Shown here: in pieces, positions 1 through 9,529 of the stretch | How the letters are laid out: each line of letters opens with the position of its first letter | Position numbering within the stretch: position 1 is the first letter of the stretch | Assembly: GCA_049512315.1 (NCBI GenBank) | Contig: JBEKXF010000003.1 | Location: 62,001 to 126,000, forward strand | DNA: 64,000 nt | From: Candidatus Aminicenantales bacterium | GTDB taxonomy: Bacteria > Acidobacteriota > Aminicenantia > Aminicenantales > Saccharicenantaceae | Direction: 5' to 3' | Program-made: the position numbers and the translations under genes | The notes under the pieces: generated by a model | Told to the model about the DNA's origin: nothing | Databases searched by the model: none | What the model saw: the letters and a program-made list of their open reading frames with translations, nothing else

Positions 1-1
1 C

Positions 2-1303
2 AGCCTCATCATCGGCATCGGCATCTTCCGGACGCCGGCCATGGTCGCCACGGCCGCCCGCACCCCCGCCCTTTTCTATACCGCCTGGATTCTCGGCGGA
101 CTCGCCGGCTTCCTCGGCGCTCTGACCTTCGCCGAGATCGGCGGCCGCTTCCCGAAGCCCGGCTCCTACTACAAAGTCGTCGCCGAGAGCTACAACTCGA
201 TGGTCGCCTTCATGCTCAACTGGGCCAACGTCATCGTCCTCAACGGCGCCGGGGCCGCCGCGGTGGCCCTCATCGGGGCCGAATATCTGACCCCGATTGT
301 CTTCCCGGGGACGACGCCCACCCGGCTCCAGGTCCAAGTCACCGCAGCCGTCCTCATGCTCATCCTCCTCACCATAAATTACCTCGGGATCAAGACGGGC
401 GCTTGGGCCCAAAACGTCCTGAGCTTGCTCAAGATCGGGATGATCGCCGTCATCGTCGCGGGCGCGTTTGTTTCGACCAAGGCCCCCCTCACCGCTGGCT
501 CGTTGCCCCCCGAGCGCTCCTGGTGGCTGGCCCTAGGCGCGGCCTTCATCTCGGTCTTCTACGCCTACGGCGGCTACCAGAACACCATCAACTTCGGGGC
601 CGACGTCCAGAACGCCCGGCGCAATGTCCCGCGGGCCATCTTCTTCGGCATCCTCATCGTCCTCGCCTGCTATCTCGCCATCAACGTCGCCTATGTGAAG
701 ACTCTCGGCATCCCGGGCGTCGCCTCCGCCAAGCTCGTCGCCGCGGAGACGGCCCGGGCCACCTTCGGTGGCGCCGGCTGGCTCGTCGTCTCACTGGCGA
801 TCTTCCTCTCGGCCATGGGCTTCCTCAATGTCACCCTGATGCAGATCCCGCGGGCCTACTATGCCATGGCCGAGGATAAAACGCTCCCGGCAGCCTTCCA
901 GAAGGTCAATCCAAAGACCCAGACCCAGGAATTCGGGCTGGCCTTCCTCGGCGGGCTGATCCTTCTTTCACTTTTCCTGCTCGGGACCTTCGAGAACATC
1001 ATCAATTACGTCATGTTCCTCGACACGATCACCGTGGCCCTTGTTGCCTCGACGATCTTCGTCCTGAGGCGGAAGGCGCGCCGGGCGGGCGAGGAGTACA
1101 CGGGCTACCGCGTCCCTCTTTATCCTATCGTCCCGATCGTCTTCATCGCCTTCCAGCTGACGGTGTCGGTGAACGTCCTCCTGAACAAGCCCCGGGAGGC
1201 CCTCTACAGCGCGCTCTTCTTCGCGGCCGGCTTCCCGGTCTTTCTCATCATGCGGCGGGTGAGCAGGAAGCGGCCGCAGTCTGAAGAGAAGATCCAAGAT
1301 TAG
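2..1303 (+). CDS. APC family amino acid permease (5' partial)
   Basis: Frame is open from the window start (SLIIGIGIFRTPA, the GxGIF motif of APC TM1). Contains the FAEIGGRFPKPGSYY motif, about 12 hydrophobic segments and a C-terminal YRVPLYP motif. Confidence 0.9.
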   Translation, partial: SLIIGIGIFRTPAMVATAARTPALFYTAWILGGLAGFLGALTFAEIGGRFPKPGSYYKVVAESYNSMVAFMLNWANVIVLNGAGAAAVALIGAEYLTPIVFPGTTPTRLQVQVTAAVLMLILLTINYLGIKTGAWAQNVLSLLKIGMIAVIVAGAFVSTKAPLTAGSLPPERSWWLALGAAFISVFYAYGGYQNTINFGADVQNARRNVPRAIFFGILIVLACYLAINVAYVKTLGIPGVASAKLVAAETARATFGGAGWLVVSLAIFLSAMGFLNVTLMQIPRAYYAMAEDKTLPAAFQKVNPKTQTQEFGLAFLGGLILLSLFLLGTFENIINYVMFLDTITVALVASTIFVLRRKARRAGEEYTGYRVPLYPIVPIVFIAFQLTVSVNVLLNKPREALYSALFFAAGFPVFLIMRRVSRKRPQSEEKIQD

Positions 1304-1385
1304 CCCGCAAATTATTCTTATATTGTCGCTGCCAGCGGCCCCCTTCATTTGTCGGTTTTGGTAGAATAGAAGAAGGGAGGCATCC

Positions 1386-2303
1386 ATGAAAAACGCGAGA
1401 AAGATCCGGAGGGTTCTCAAGAGCCAGCCGACGCTCGAGGGGGCGGGCGTCCATCTCCACCGCGGCTTCGGCTTCCGCGAGGTACCGATGTTCGACCCCT
1501 TTCTCATGTTCGACGATTTCCGCCAGGACGACCCGGCGAAGTACCTGCCGGGATTCCCCTGGCACCCCCACCGCGGCATCGAGACGATCACCTATATGCT
1601 CCGCGGCACGGCCGAGCATGGCGACAGCATGGGCAACAAGGGTGTCATCGGCCCGGGCGACGTCCAGTGGATGACGGCCGGCAGCGGCATCATCCACCAG
1701 GAGATGCCCAAGGGTGGGAAGGACGGCCGCATGGGCGGCTTCCAGCTCTGGGCCAACCTGCCCGCCGCCCAGAAAATGATGGACCCCCACTACCGGGACG
1801 TGAAGCGGGCGGATATTCCCGAGGTCGTCCTCAAGAGCGGGGCCAAGGTCGGTGTCATCTGCGGCCGCGTCGAACGGACGATCGGCCCGGTCAGGGACAT
1901 CGTGACCGACCCCGAGTTTCTCGATGTCACGGTCCCTCCCGGCTCGGCGTTCAGCCATCCGACGACACCCGGCCATACCGTGATCGCCTACGTCATCGAC
2001 GGGCAGGGCTGCTTCGCCGGGGCCGGCGAGGCGACGGCCGTGAAGGTCGAGCCGGCCAGCTATTTCGATCTCGACAAACCCGCCTTCTTCGGCGACCGCA
2101 CGGTCGTCCTGTTCGAGGACGGCGACCATGTCCGGGTCACCACGGGTGAGGCCCCGGTCCGCTTCCTCCTCATGTCGGGGAGGCCCCTGGGCGAGCCCGT
2201 CGCCTGGCAGGGCCCAATCGTCATGAACACTGAAGCGGAACTCAGGACGGCCTTCAGGGAATACCGGAACGGGACGTTCATCAAGCACGCTCAAGCGGGC
2301 TGA
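1386..2303 (+). CDS. Pirin family protein
   Basis: Pirin motifs DPFLMFD, GFPWHPHRGIETITY, VQWMTAGSGIIHQEMP and GPIVMNT; GGGAGG RBS upstream. Confidence 0.95.
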   Translation: MKNARKIRRVLKSQPTLEGAGVHLHRGFGFREVPMFDPFLMFDDFRQDDPAKYLPGFPWHPHRGIETITYMLRGTAEHGDSMGNKGVIGPGDVQWMTAGSGIIHQEMPKGGKDGRMGGFQLWANLPAAQKMMDPHYRDVKRADIPEVVLKSGAKVGVICGRVERTIGPVRDIVTDPEFLDVTVPPGSAFSHPTTPGHTVIAYVIDGQGCFAGAGEATAVKVEPASYFDLDKPAFFGDRTVVLFEDGDHVRVTTGEAPVRFLLMSGRPLGEPVAWQGPIVMNTEAELRTAFREYRNGTFIKHAQAG

Positions 2304-2350
2304 GGCCAAGATTACTGCTCGGATACGGCCCGGGACGAGAAAGACCAAAG

Positions 2351-2438
2351 ACTCGTTTCAGATATTTACCAGAATTGCGGCTTCGAGCACCTCCGCCGCA
2401 ATCCTGCCGGACGCTCCCATGAGTCCGCTCCCTGCCGG
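2351..2438. repeat. Dispersed structured repeat, copy 1 (shortest copy)
   Basis: Ungapped match to 27411-27498 (73/88 by manual count) and to the reverse complement of 54463-54550. Intergenic; ends just before a TTGCAA-17-TAATCT promoter-like motif. Confidence 0.9.
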
Positions 2439-2446
2439 CCCCGTTA

Positions 2447-2475
2447 TTGCAAACAGGCTGCAAAATGGGTAATCT
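2447..2475 (+). promoter_or_regulatory. Putative sigma70 promoter of the URO-D/sugar porter operon
   Basis: TTGCAA(2447-2452)-17 bp-TAATCT(2470-2475), followed by a GAGGAGG RBS. Confidence 0.5.
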
Positions 2476-2498
2476 GGGAAAAACTGAGGAGGCCCAAG

Positions 2499-3755
2499 AT
2501 GACGAGTCGAGAACGCCTGGACGCCGCGCTCAGCCACCGCCAGCCCGACCGGATCCCCGTCGATTTCAACGGGACGGCCGTCACCGGCATGCACGTCAAC
2601 TGCGTCATCGGCCTGCGAGAGCACTATGGCCTCGAAAAGCGCCCTGTCAAGGTCCACGAGCCCTACCAGATGCTCGGCTGGATCGACGAAGATCTCCAGC
2701 GCGTCCTCGGGATCGACGTCGAGGGCGTCTGGGGGTTTGAGACGATCTTCGGCTTCCGGAACGAAAACTGGAAGCCTTGGCGCATGGATAACGGCCGGGA
2801 GGTCCTCGTCTCCGAACATTTCAAGGTGACAAAGGACTCGAACGGCGATACCCTCATCTACCCCAAGGGCGATATGTCCGCCCCGCCCTCCGGACGCCTC
2901 CCCAAGAACGGCTTCTTCTTCGACACTATCGTCCGCCAGGAGCCGGTCGACGACGCCAGGCTCAACCCCGAGGACAACCTCGAGGAGTTCGGCCCCGTCT
3001 CCGGCGCGGCCCTTGACTATTTCGACTGGTCGAGCCGGGCCTCCGCCGCCACCGGCCGGGGTGTCATCGCCAATTTCGGCGGCACGGCCCTCGGCGATAT
3101 CGCCCTTGTCCCCGCGCCTTTTCTCAAACATCCCCAGGGCATCCGGGACGTCGAGGAATGGTACGTCTCGACCCTGACCCGCCGGCCCTACGTCCGCGCC
3201 ATTTTCGAAAAACAGACGGAGGTCGCTCTCCAAAACCTCGAGAAAATCCACGCCAGGGTCGGTGACAGGGTCCAGGCCGCCTTCATCTGCGGCACGGATT
3301 TCGGCACTCAGCAGTCAACCTTCTGTTCACCCGCGACCTTCCGCGAGCTCTACCTGCCGTATTACCGGCGAATCAACGACTGGATCCACAAACACACGGC
3401 CTGGAAGACCTTCAAGCACTCCTGCGGCGCGGTCCGGACCCTCATCCCGGCCTTCATCGACAGCGGCTTCGACATTCTCAACCCCGTCCAGGTTTCGGCC
3501 GCGGGAATGGAGGCCGAGAAGCTCAAGGCCGACTTCGGCAAGGACGTCGTCTTCTGGGGCGGCGGCGTCGACACCCAGAAGACCCTCGCCTTCGGCGCGC
3601 CCGAGGAGGTTCGGGCCGAGGTCCTGCGGCGGTGCGAGGTCTTCGGCAGGGGCGGCGGGTTCGTCTTCAACGCCGTCCACAACATCCAGGCCAACGTCCC
3701 CATTTCGAACATCGTCGCCATGTTCGACGCCGTCAAAGAATTCAACGGAAAATAG
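2499..3755 (+). CDS. Uroporphyrinogen decarboxylase (URO-D/MtaA-like) family protein
   Basis: N-terminal MTSRERLDAALSHRQPDRIPVD, plus GTDFGTQ, KHSCGAV, DILNPVQ, FWGGGVDTQ and GGFVFNAVHNIQ motifs. Confidence 0.9.
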   Translation: MTSRERLDAALSHRQPDRIPVDFNGTAVTGMHVNCVIGLREHYGLEKRPVKVHEPYQMLGWIDEDLQRVLGIDVEGVWGFETIFGFRNENWKPWRMDNGREVLVSEHFKVTKDSNGDTLIYPKGDMSAPPSGRLPKNGFFFDTIVRQEPVDDARLNPEDNLEEFGPVSGAALDYFDWSSRASAATGRGVIANFGGTALGDIALVPAPFLKHPQGIRDVEEWYVSTLTRRPYVRAIFEKQTEVALQNLEKIHARVGDRVQAAFICGTDFGTQQSTFCSPATFRELYLPYYRRINDWIHKHTAWKTFKHSCGAVRTLIPAFIDSGFDILNPVQVSAAGMEAEKLKADFGKDVVFWGGGVDTQKTLAFGAPEEVRAEVLRRCEVFGRGGGFVFNAVHNIQANVPISNIVAMFDAVKEFNGK

Positions 3756-3758
3756 GGC

Positions 3759-5096
3759 ATGAAGAAGGCCACGTTCTATGTCATCGCCGTCACCGTGGTC
3801 GCCGCCATCGGCGGCCTGATCTTCGGCTTCGACACGGCCATCGTCGCCGGCGCCACCCGGTACATGAAGGAACAATTCTCGCTCAACTCGCTCCAAGAGG
3901 GCTGGGCCGTGAGCGTCGTCCTCATCGGCTGCATGTTCGGGGCGGGGCTGGCCGGCCCGGTCAGCGACCGGATCGGCCGGCGACGCTTCATGCTCATATC
4001 GGCCGTCCTCTTCTTCATTTCGGCCGTCGGCTGCGCCATTCCGCGGACGATCACCGAGTTCGTCATCTTCCGGTTCATCGGCGGCCTCGGCATCGGGTCG
4101 GCGGCAGTCCTCTCGCCGCTCTATATCGCCGAGATCGCGCCGGCGAGGGTCCGGGGCGCGCTCGTCTCGGTCAACCAGATGGCCATCGTCACGGGGATCC
4201 TCCTCGCCTACTTCGTCAACTGGATCTTTGCCGGCTCGGGGCCGTCGAACTGGCGCTACATGTACGCGACGGGGGCCATCCCGTCCGTTATCTTTTTCCT
4301 GCTCCTCCTCCGGGTGCCGGAGAGCCCGCGCTGGCTGTTGAAGCGCGGCCGGGAGGAGGAAGCCGGCCGCGTCCTCGCCCGGGTCAATACCGCCGAGAGC
4401 GCCGCGCGGGAGATCCGCGAAATCAAGGAAACCCTGGCCATGGAGAAAGGGTCTTTCGGCGAGCTCTTCCAGCCCGGCTTCCGGCGGCCGCTTTTCATCG
4501 CCATCGTCCTGGCCGTCTTCCAGCAGATCACGGGCATCAACGCCATCCTTTATTACGCGCCCAGGATCTTCGAGAGCGCCGGGTTCGCCCGGCTGTCGGC
4601 CATCGGCCAGTCGACGATCGTCGGATTCACGAACATGATCTTCACGGTCGTGGCCATCGTCCTGGCCGATCGCGTCGGGCGGAGGCCGCTCCTCCTCGTC
4701 GCCACGGGCGGGATGGGATTCTCGCTCGTCCTCCTCGGCGCGGCGTTCAAGTCCCAGTTCCTGCCGGCGTCGGCGCTGCTGTTCATCATCCTTCTCTATA
4801 TCGCGTTCTTCGCCTCGGCCATGGGGCCCCTGGTGTGGGTCGTCATGGCGGAGATCTTTCCCATCCGGATGCGCGGGGCGGCCATGGGCATCGCGACGCT
4901 CCTCCTCTGGCTGGCCGATTTCGCGGTGACGCTGACCTTCCCGGTCATCTCAGACAAGCTCAGCTCATCGGCGGCGTTCTGGCTCTACGCCGTCATGTGC
5001 GGGCTCGATCTCGTCTTCATGATCTTCTACCTGCCCGAGACCAAGGGGAAGACTCTCGAGGAAATCGAGCGCCAATGGCTGAAGGAAAGAATCTGA
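3759..5096 (+). CDS. Sugar porter family MFS transporter
   Basis: GGLIFGFDT, DRIGRR, PESPRWL, QQITGINAILYY and PETKGKTLEEI sugar porter motifs. Confidence 0.95.
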   Translation: MKKATFYVIAVTVVAAIGGLIFGFDTAIVAGATRYMKEQFSLNSLQEGWAVSVVLIGCMFGAGLAGPVSDRIGRRRFMLISAVLFFISAVGCAIPRTITEFVIFRFIGGLGIGSAAVLSPLYIAEIAPARVRGALVSVNQMAIVTGILLAYFVNWIFAGSGPSNWRYMYATGAIPSVIFFLLLLRVPESPRWLLKRGREEEAGRVLARVNTAESAAREIREIKETLAMEKGSFGELFQPGFRRPLFIAIVLAVFQQITGINAILYYAPRIFESAGFARLSAIGQSTIVGFTNMIFTVVAIVLADRVGRRPLLLVATGGMGFSLVLLGAAFKSQFLPASALLFIILLYIAFFASAMGPLVWVVMAEIFPIRMRGAAMGIATLLLWLADFAVTLTFPVISDKLSSSAAFWLYAVMCGLDLVFMIFYLPETKGKTLEEIERQWLKERI

Positions 5097-5109
5097 AGGA
5101 GGCTGGCCC

Positions 5110-6034
5110 ATGACCGGCAACGCTTCGGACGCGGGTCTAAAAAAGATCTTCTTCGGGCCCTGGGGCCTCCGGGCCGGCTGGCGTCTTCTCATTTTCAACG
5201 TCGCCTTCAATCCCTTCGGCGTTTTGATGAAGCTCATCCTTGTCCCCGCAGTGGGAAAGGAGCCGGAATGGACCGCGGCCAACTTCATCCTCATTGAGGC
5301 GGTGTCGCTCGCGGGGTCCGCAGCCTGCGTCTTTCTCATGGCCAGGATCGAGCGCCGCCGATTCGCGGACTACGGCTTCAGCCGGCGGAGGGTCGTTCGG
5401 GCGCCTCTTCTGGCAAGGGGGCATCTGGGGACTGGCGACGATCGGCGCAGTGGCCGGCCTGATGGCCCTGGCCGGCGGATATTCGGTGCGCGGCCTGGCC
5501 CTGCGCGGTTCGGATATTCTCCTTTATGCCCTGCTCTGGGCCGCGGCATTCCTGCTCGCATCTCTCGTCGAGGAGCTCGTCTTCCGCGGCTATGAGCTCT
5601 TCACCCTAGCTTCCGGGATCCGTTTCTGGCCGGCCGCGGTCGTCCTGTCCGCGCTTTTCGGGTTCTATCTCCATTACGCCCAGAAGCCCAACGAGACCCT
5701 GGTCGACGGCCTGAGCGTCTCCCTCATCGCCCTCTTCTTCTGTGTGACGGTCCGGCGCACGGGAAACCTCTGGTTCGCCATCGGCTGGCATTGGGCGTTC
5801 AACTTCGGGTCGATGTTTGTCTTCGGGTTTCCAAACACCGGCAACAAGGGCGGCCTGCCGGTCCCAAATCACCTTCTTGATTCCGCAACGAGGGGGTCCA
5901 AATGGCTGACCGGAGGGCCGATGGGCGCCGAGGCCAGCCTGATCATATTTCCCGTCCTGGCCGTCCTCTTTGCCGTCTTCCATTTCCGCCACCGGAGAGT
6001 CGAGTATCCGGTAGACGACCGCCGCGGCCTTTAA
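5110..6034 (+). pseudogene. CPBP/CAAX intramembrane metalloprotease, frameshifted near 5380
   Basis: The N-terminal part (GLRAGWRLLIF...ERRRFADYGF) is in the 5110 frame. The C-terminal part with EELVFRGY, H and GWHWAFN motifs is in the +1 frame. May be a sequencing error. Confidence 0.75.
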
Positions 6035-6627
6035 TCGCTTTTTTTCTCGAGCGCCCGGGCCAGCTCCCAGACGGCCTTGCCCAGCTCCTCGTCGAGGATC
6101 CTCGCGCAGACGGGCGGGAATTCCCCGACCTGCTTGCCCGCCATCTTCTCCTTCCTGTCGAAGGACCGGACTAGGAGCGCCTGCCCCGACTTGGCATCCA
6201 CGAACTCGATGTCCATCGCCAGGCGGGCCTGCCAGCCATCCGGGTTGTCGATCTCCTCGAGGACATGGACCCGCGTCCGGAGAATGATCTCCGGCACTTC
6301 CTTCATCGGTCCCTGCGCGATCGACAGGAAAACCTTCTTTTTCCGGAGATACGCGGCCATCGCGGCGCTCACCTGTTTTCCCGGCCGTTCCGCCCAGAAC
6401 TCGTAGGGATAGTATTTGACCTCGAAAGGCGAGACCCGATAGAGGATCCGGGTATCGTCGTAGAGGGGCTCGACCGCCGTCGGCTCGACGAGCAGGTGCC
6501 GTTCGATTTTCGGCAGCGCGGGTTCAGCGGGCGCGACGCTGCGGATTTCGAAATACCTTTTGACGTGCGTTGACCCGCACGCGATCATCAGGCCGGCGGT
6601 CAGGATGCAAATCGCGGTTTTCCTCAT
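6031..6627 (-). CDS. ABC-type transport auxiliary lipoprotein (PqiC-like)
   Basis: Lipobox-like LMIAC and YYPYEFWAERP motif; last gene of the MCE operon. Confidence 0.85.
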   Translation of the reverse strand: MRKTAICILTAGLMIACGSTHVKRYFEIRSVAPAEPALPKIERHLLVEPTAVEPLYDDTRILYRVSPFEVKYYPYEFWAERPGKQVSAAMAAYLRKKKVFLSIAQGPMKEVPEIILRTRVHVLEEIDNPDGWQARLAMDIEFVDAKSGQALLVRSFDRKEKMAGKQVGEFPPVCARILDEELGKAVWELARALEKKSD

Positions 6628-7571
6628 TTTTTCTTTTCCTTTCGGGCCTTGATCAACGCCGTCGGGTCCTCCGAGATCTCCCGGGTGAAGCGCGACAGGT
6701 TGTCCATGGCCAGGGCCAGGCTCGCGACGGCCTGCTTCAGGTCGCCCTGCTGGGCGAGGAGGCTGTCCTCGATCCTCTTCAGGCTCACGGAGGTCGTGTC
6801 GATGAACGTCCTGACGTCCTTGATGACCTGCCCCATCTCCTCGTCCGAGAACCGCTTGGCGACATTATCGATCGCCGCCTCGGATCGGGCCACGATCTTC
6901 TCGCTCATGTCGCTGACATTGGTCGAGATCTTGCGGAGGTTCTCGGTCACGGAGGCGAACTCGGTGGCCGCCTTCTCGACGTTGTCGAAGGAGTGTTCGA
7001 GCTTGCCCCGCTTGGCCTCGAGGACCTGGGAGATCATCGCCGAGCTCTTCTCCGCCTTTTCCAGGAAGCCGTTGATCCTGTCCAGGTTTTCGCGCGACAG
7101 CAGGTTGTTGAAGCTGTTGACCGCGGTATCGATGTTGCTGACGATGTCGCCCGCCTTCTCTTCCAGCCCCCGGGCCATCTGGATCTCGCCGCGCGGCGGG
7201 AGGCGGACCGACTCGCGCGTCCCCCCCTGCAGGTCGATGAAACGGATGCCGGTGATCCCCGCAAGCATCAGGGTGGCGGTGGTGTCTTGCTTGACCGGAA
7301 ACCCCTTCTGGACCTTGATGTGGACGAAGACGGAGTCGAGGTCCCCATGGTTCACCTCGATCGACGTAACCTTGCCGATGTCGACCCCCTGGTAGCGGAC
7401 GGCGGAGTCGCGGAGCAGCCCGTTCACCGAGGTCTTCCGGAAATTGATGTAGTAATAATCCCCTGTTTCCCGGAGCTTGGGCACGAGGAAGAAGCCCAAC
7501 CCTACCAGGAAGGCGACCGTGGCGATCGCCAGGAAAATTCCCAGCCGGGTTTTTTGTTCATGCGTCATCAT
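6624..7571 (-). CDS. MlaD/MCE family protein
   Basis: Single N-terminal TM, MCE motifs SVNGL..DSAVRYQGVDIGKV and GITGIRFIDLQGG, long helical tail. Confidence 0.92.
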   Translation of the reverse strand: MMTHEQKTRLGIFLAIATVAFLVGLGFFLVPKLRETGDYYYINFRKTSVNGLLRDSAVRYQGVDIGKVTSIEVNHGDLDSVFVHIKVQKGFPVKQDTTATLMLAGITGIRFIDLQGGTRESVRLPPRGEIQMARGLEEKAGDIVSNIDTAVNSFNNLLSRENLDRINGFLEKAEKSSAMISQVLEAKRGKLEHSFDNVEKAATEFASVTENLRKISTNVSDMSEKIVARSEAAIDNVAKRFSDEEMGQVIKDVRTFIDTTSVSLKRIEDSLLAQQGDLKQAVASLALAMDNLSRFTREISEDPTALIKARKEKKK

Positions 7572-8307
7572 GATCAACCTTCCTGAGGAAAAATGTCCGG
7601 ATGAACTTGTCGTCCGAGTTCAGGATCTCCGCCAGCCCGCCAGCCAAGTGCAGCCCGCCGCCGTTGAGGACGATGACCCTGTCGGCGACCCTCTCGATCG
7701 AGCGCAGCTCATGGGTGACGACGACGAAGGTCATCTGGAACGTTTCCCTCAGACTGAGCAGCACCTCGTCGAGATGGCCCGACGTGATGGGGTCGAGACC
7801 CCCCGACGGCTCGTCGCAGAGGACCACCGCGGGGTCAAGCACCAGGGCCCGGGCCAGGGCCGCCCGCTTGCGCATCCCGCCGGAGAGCTCGGCCGGGTAC
7901 TTCGCGGCGCCCTCGATCAGGTCGACCTGGGAGAGGCGGTCATGAACCATTTCCCGGAGGACCGCATCGGGCATGTCCGGGTACCTCATGCGGACCGGCA
8001 GGGCGACGTTCTCGAAGAGGGACAGGTTGTTGAGCAGGGCGCCGTCCTGGTAGAGGACGCCGATCCCCCGATAAAGGGTAGCGAGCGAGGCCTCGGACTG
8101 GTAGTCCACCTTTTCCGACCGAAAAAAGACTTCTCCGTCAAGGGGCGGGATGAGCCCGGCGAGGGTTTTGAGAAGGGTGGACTTCCCACAGCCGCTCGTC
8201 CCGACGACGGCCGTGATCTTCGCGGCGGGGATCGTGAAATTGAGCTCCTTCAGGACGGGGAAAGACCCGTAGCCGGCGGTGAGATCGCGGACGGAGATGA
8301 TATCCAT
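7558..8307 (-). CDS. MlaF-like ABC transporter ATP-binding protein
   Basis: Walker A GTSGCGKST, ELSGGMRKRAALARAL, CDEPSGGLDP and VVVTH; start taken at MDIISVRDL. Confidence 0.95.
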   Translation of the reverse strand: MDIISVRDLTAGYGSFPVLKELNFTIPAAKITAVVGTSGCGKSTLLKTLAGLIPPLDGEVFFRSEKVDYQSEASLATLYRGIGVLYQDGALLNNLSLFENVALPVRMRYPDMPDAVLREMVHDRLSQVDLIEGAAKYPAELSGGMRKRAALARALVLDPAVVLCDEPSGGLDPITSGHLDEVLLSLRETFQMTFVVVTHELRSIERVADRVIVLNGGGLHLAGGLAEILNSDDKFIRTFFLRKVDHDDA

Positions 8308-8311
8308 GGCG

Positions 8312-9388
8312 CTAATCGTACAGGATGAGGGCAAAAATGCAATCGATCAGGATGATCAGGGAAATGGACAGGACGACGGACTCGGTCGTGGCCCGGCCGA
8401 CCTCCCCGGCGCTCCTCCCGACGGTCAGGCCCTTGTAGCCGCTCCCGACGATGACCGCCCATCCGAAAACAAGAGATTTTTCGAGGCCGATGAGGAAGTC
8501 TCCCAGGCCGACGGCGGTCTGCATCTCCCGGATGAAGGCCGAGGGAACGATCCCCAGGGAGAACCGGGCGACGAGGATCCCGCCGCCGATCCCCGCGAAG
8601 TCGGCCAGGGCGACGAGGAGCGGTACGACGAGAGTGACCGCCACGAGCCGCGGGACCATCAGGAACTTTTCCGGGATGACCCCCATGGTCTTGAGGGCGT
8701 CGACTTCCTCGAGGACGGTCATGGTCGACAGCTCGGCGGCGACGGCGGCCCCGACCTTGCCCGCGAGGATGATGCCCACCATGAGAGGCACGAGCTCCCG
8801 GATCATGCCGTAGCCGATGAGATCGGCCAGGTAGATGTCGGCCCCGTAGAGCTTGAGCTGGGCGGCGGACGAGAGGGCGACCGTCACGCCGATCAGGAAG
8901 ACCAGAAGGCAGGTGATCGGGAAGGATTTGTACCCCATGAAGAAGATCTGATTCCAGATCTCTCCGGGATAGACGCCCCTCCGCTTCCTGAAGAACGAGA
9001 TCGTGTAATAGATCTCGTCCCCGAGCAGAGCGACGAACTTCGAGACGCTCCTCATCTGGGCGAGGAACCTGTTGGAGAAGGAGTGGAGGACCCGCGTCGG
9101 GAGGTCGAGCTCGGCCACCTCGCAGGCCGCCGGCGGGGTCCCGCCGAGGAACGCCTTGAAAGAATGGTCGACCGTCCCCGGGATGTTGGCAACACGGACG
9201 TCGGCCGTGCAACCCTGGAGATAGCTCAGAAGGGCGAGCGCGGAGGAGTCGAACTCCTCGACCCCCCCGAAATCGACAATTACGGGCCCCTCCTCGCGAC
9301 GGGCCTGGATCTCCTTGAAGGCCGCCGGGATGTCAGGGGCGCGGAGCCTCCGGGGCAGGAATACGACAGACAGGCCCTTCTCTTCCAA
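8312..9388 (-). CDS. MlaE family permease with N-terminal STAS-like domain
   Basis: RELVPLMVGIILAGKVGAAVAAEL and VGRATTESVV MlaE motifs; N-terminal VDFGGVEEFDSSALALL STAS motif; TTG start with GAGGAGG RBS. Confidence 0.92.
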   Translation of the reverse strand: MEEKGLSVVFLPRRLRAPDIPAAFKEIQARREEGPVIVDFGGVEEFDSSALALLSYLQGCTADVRVANIPGTVDHSFKAFLGGTPPAACEVAELDLPTRVLHSFSNRFLAQMRSVSKFVALLGDEIYYTISFFRKRRGVYPGEIWNQIFFMGYKSFPITCLLVFLIGVTVALSSAAQLKLYGADIYLADLIGYGMIRELVPLMVGIILAGKVGAAVAAELSTMTVLEEVDALKTMGVIPEKFLMVPRLVAVTLVVPLLVALADFAGIGGGILVARFSLGIVPSAFIREMQTAVGLGDFLIGLEKSLVFGWAVIVGSGYKGLTVGRSAGEVGRATTESVVLSISLIILIDCIFALILYD

Positions 9389-9492
9389 ACCCGAGCCTCC
9401 TCACCGCTCTGTTGTGCTTATCAGCATACCTAAAAACAAGTCTGTTTTCCAGCGTTCTGCGGTATCCCCCGGGCGGCGATGTGGGGAGATCA

Positions 9493-9526
9493 AGGGATAG
9501 CCCCCTCCGCGGGGGACTGTCCCTCT
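9493..9526. repeat. REP-like hairpin (possible terminator of the upstream minus-strand gene)
   Basis: AGGGATAGCCCCC-TCCGC-GGGGGACTGTCCCT stem; near-identical to 62591-62616; its 3' end is the reverse complement of 27377-27391. Confidence 0.7.
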
Positions 9527-9529
9527 TAA

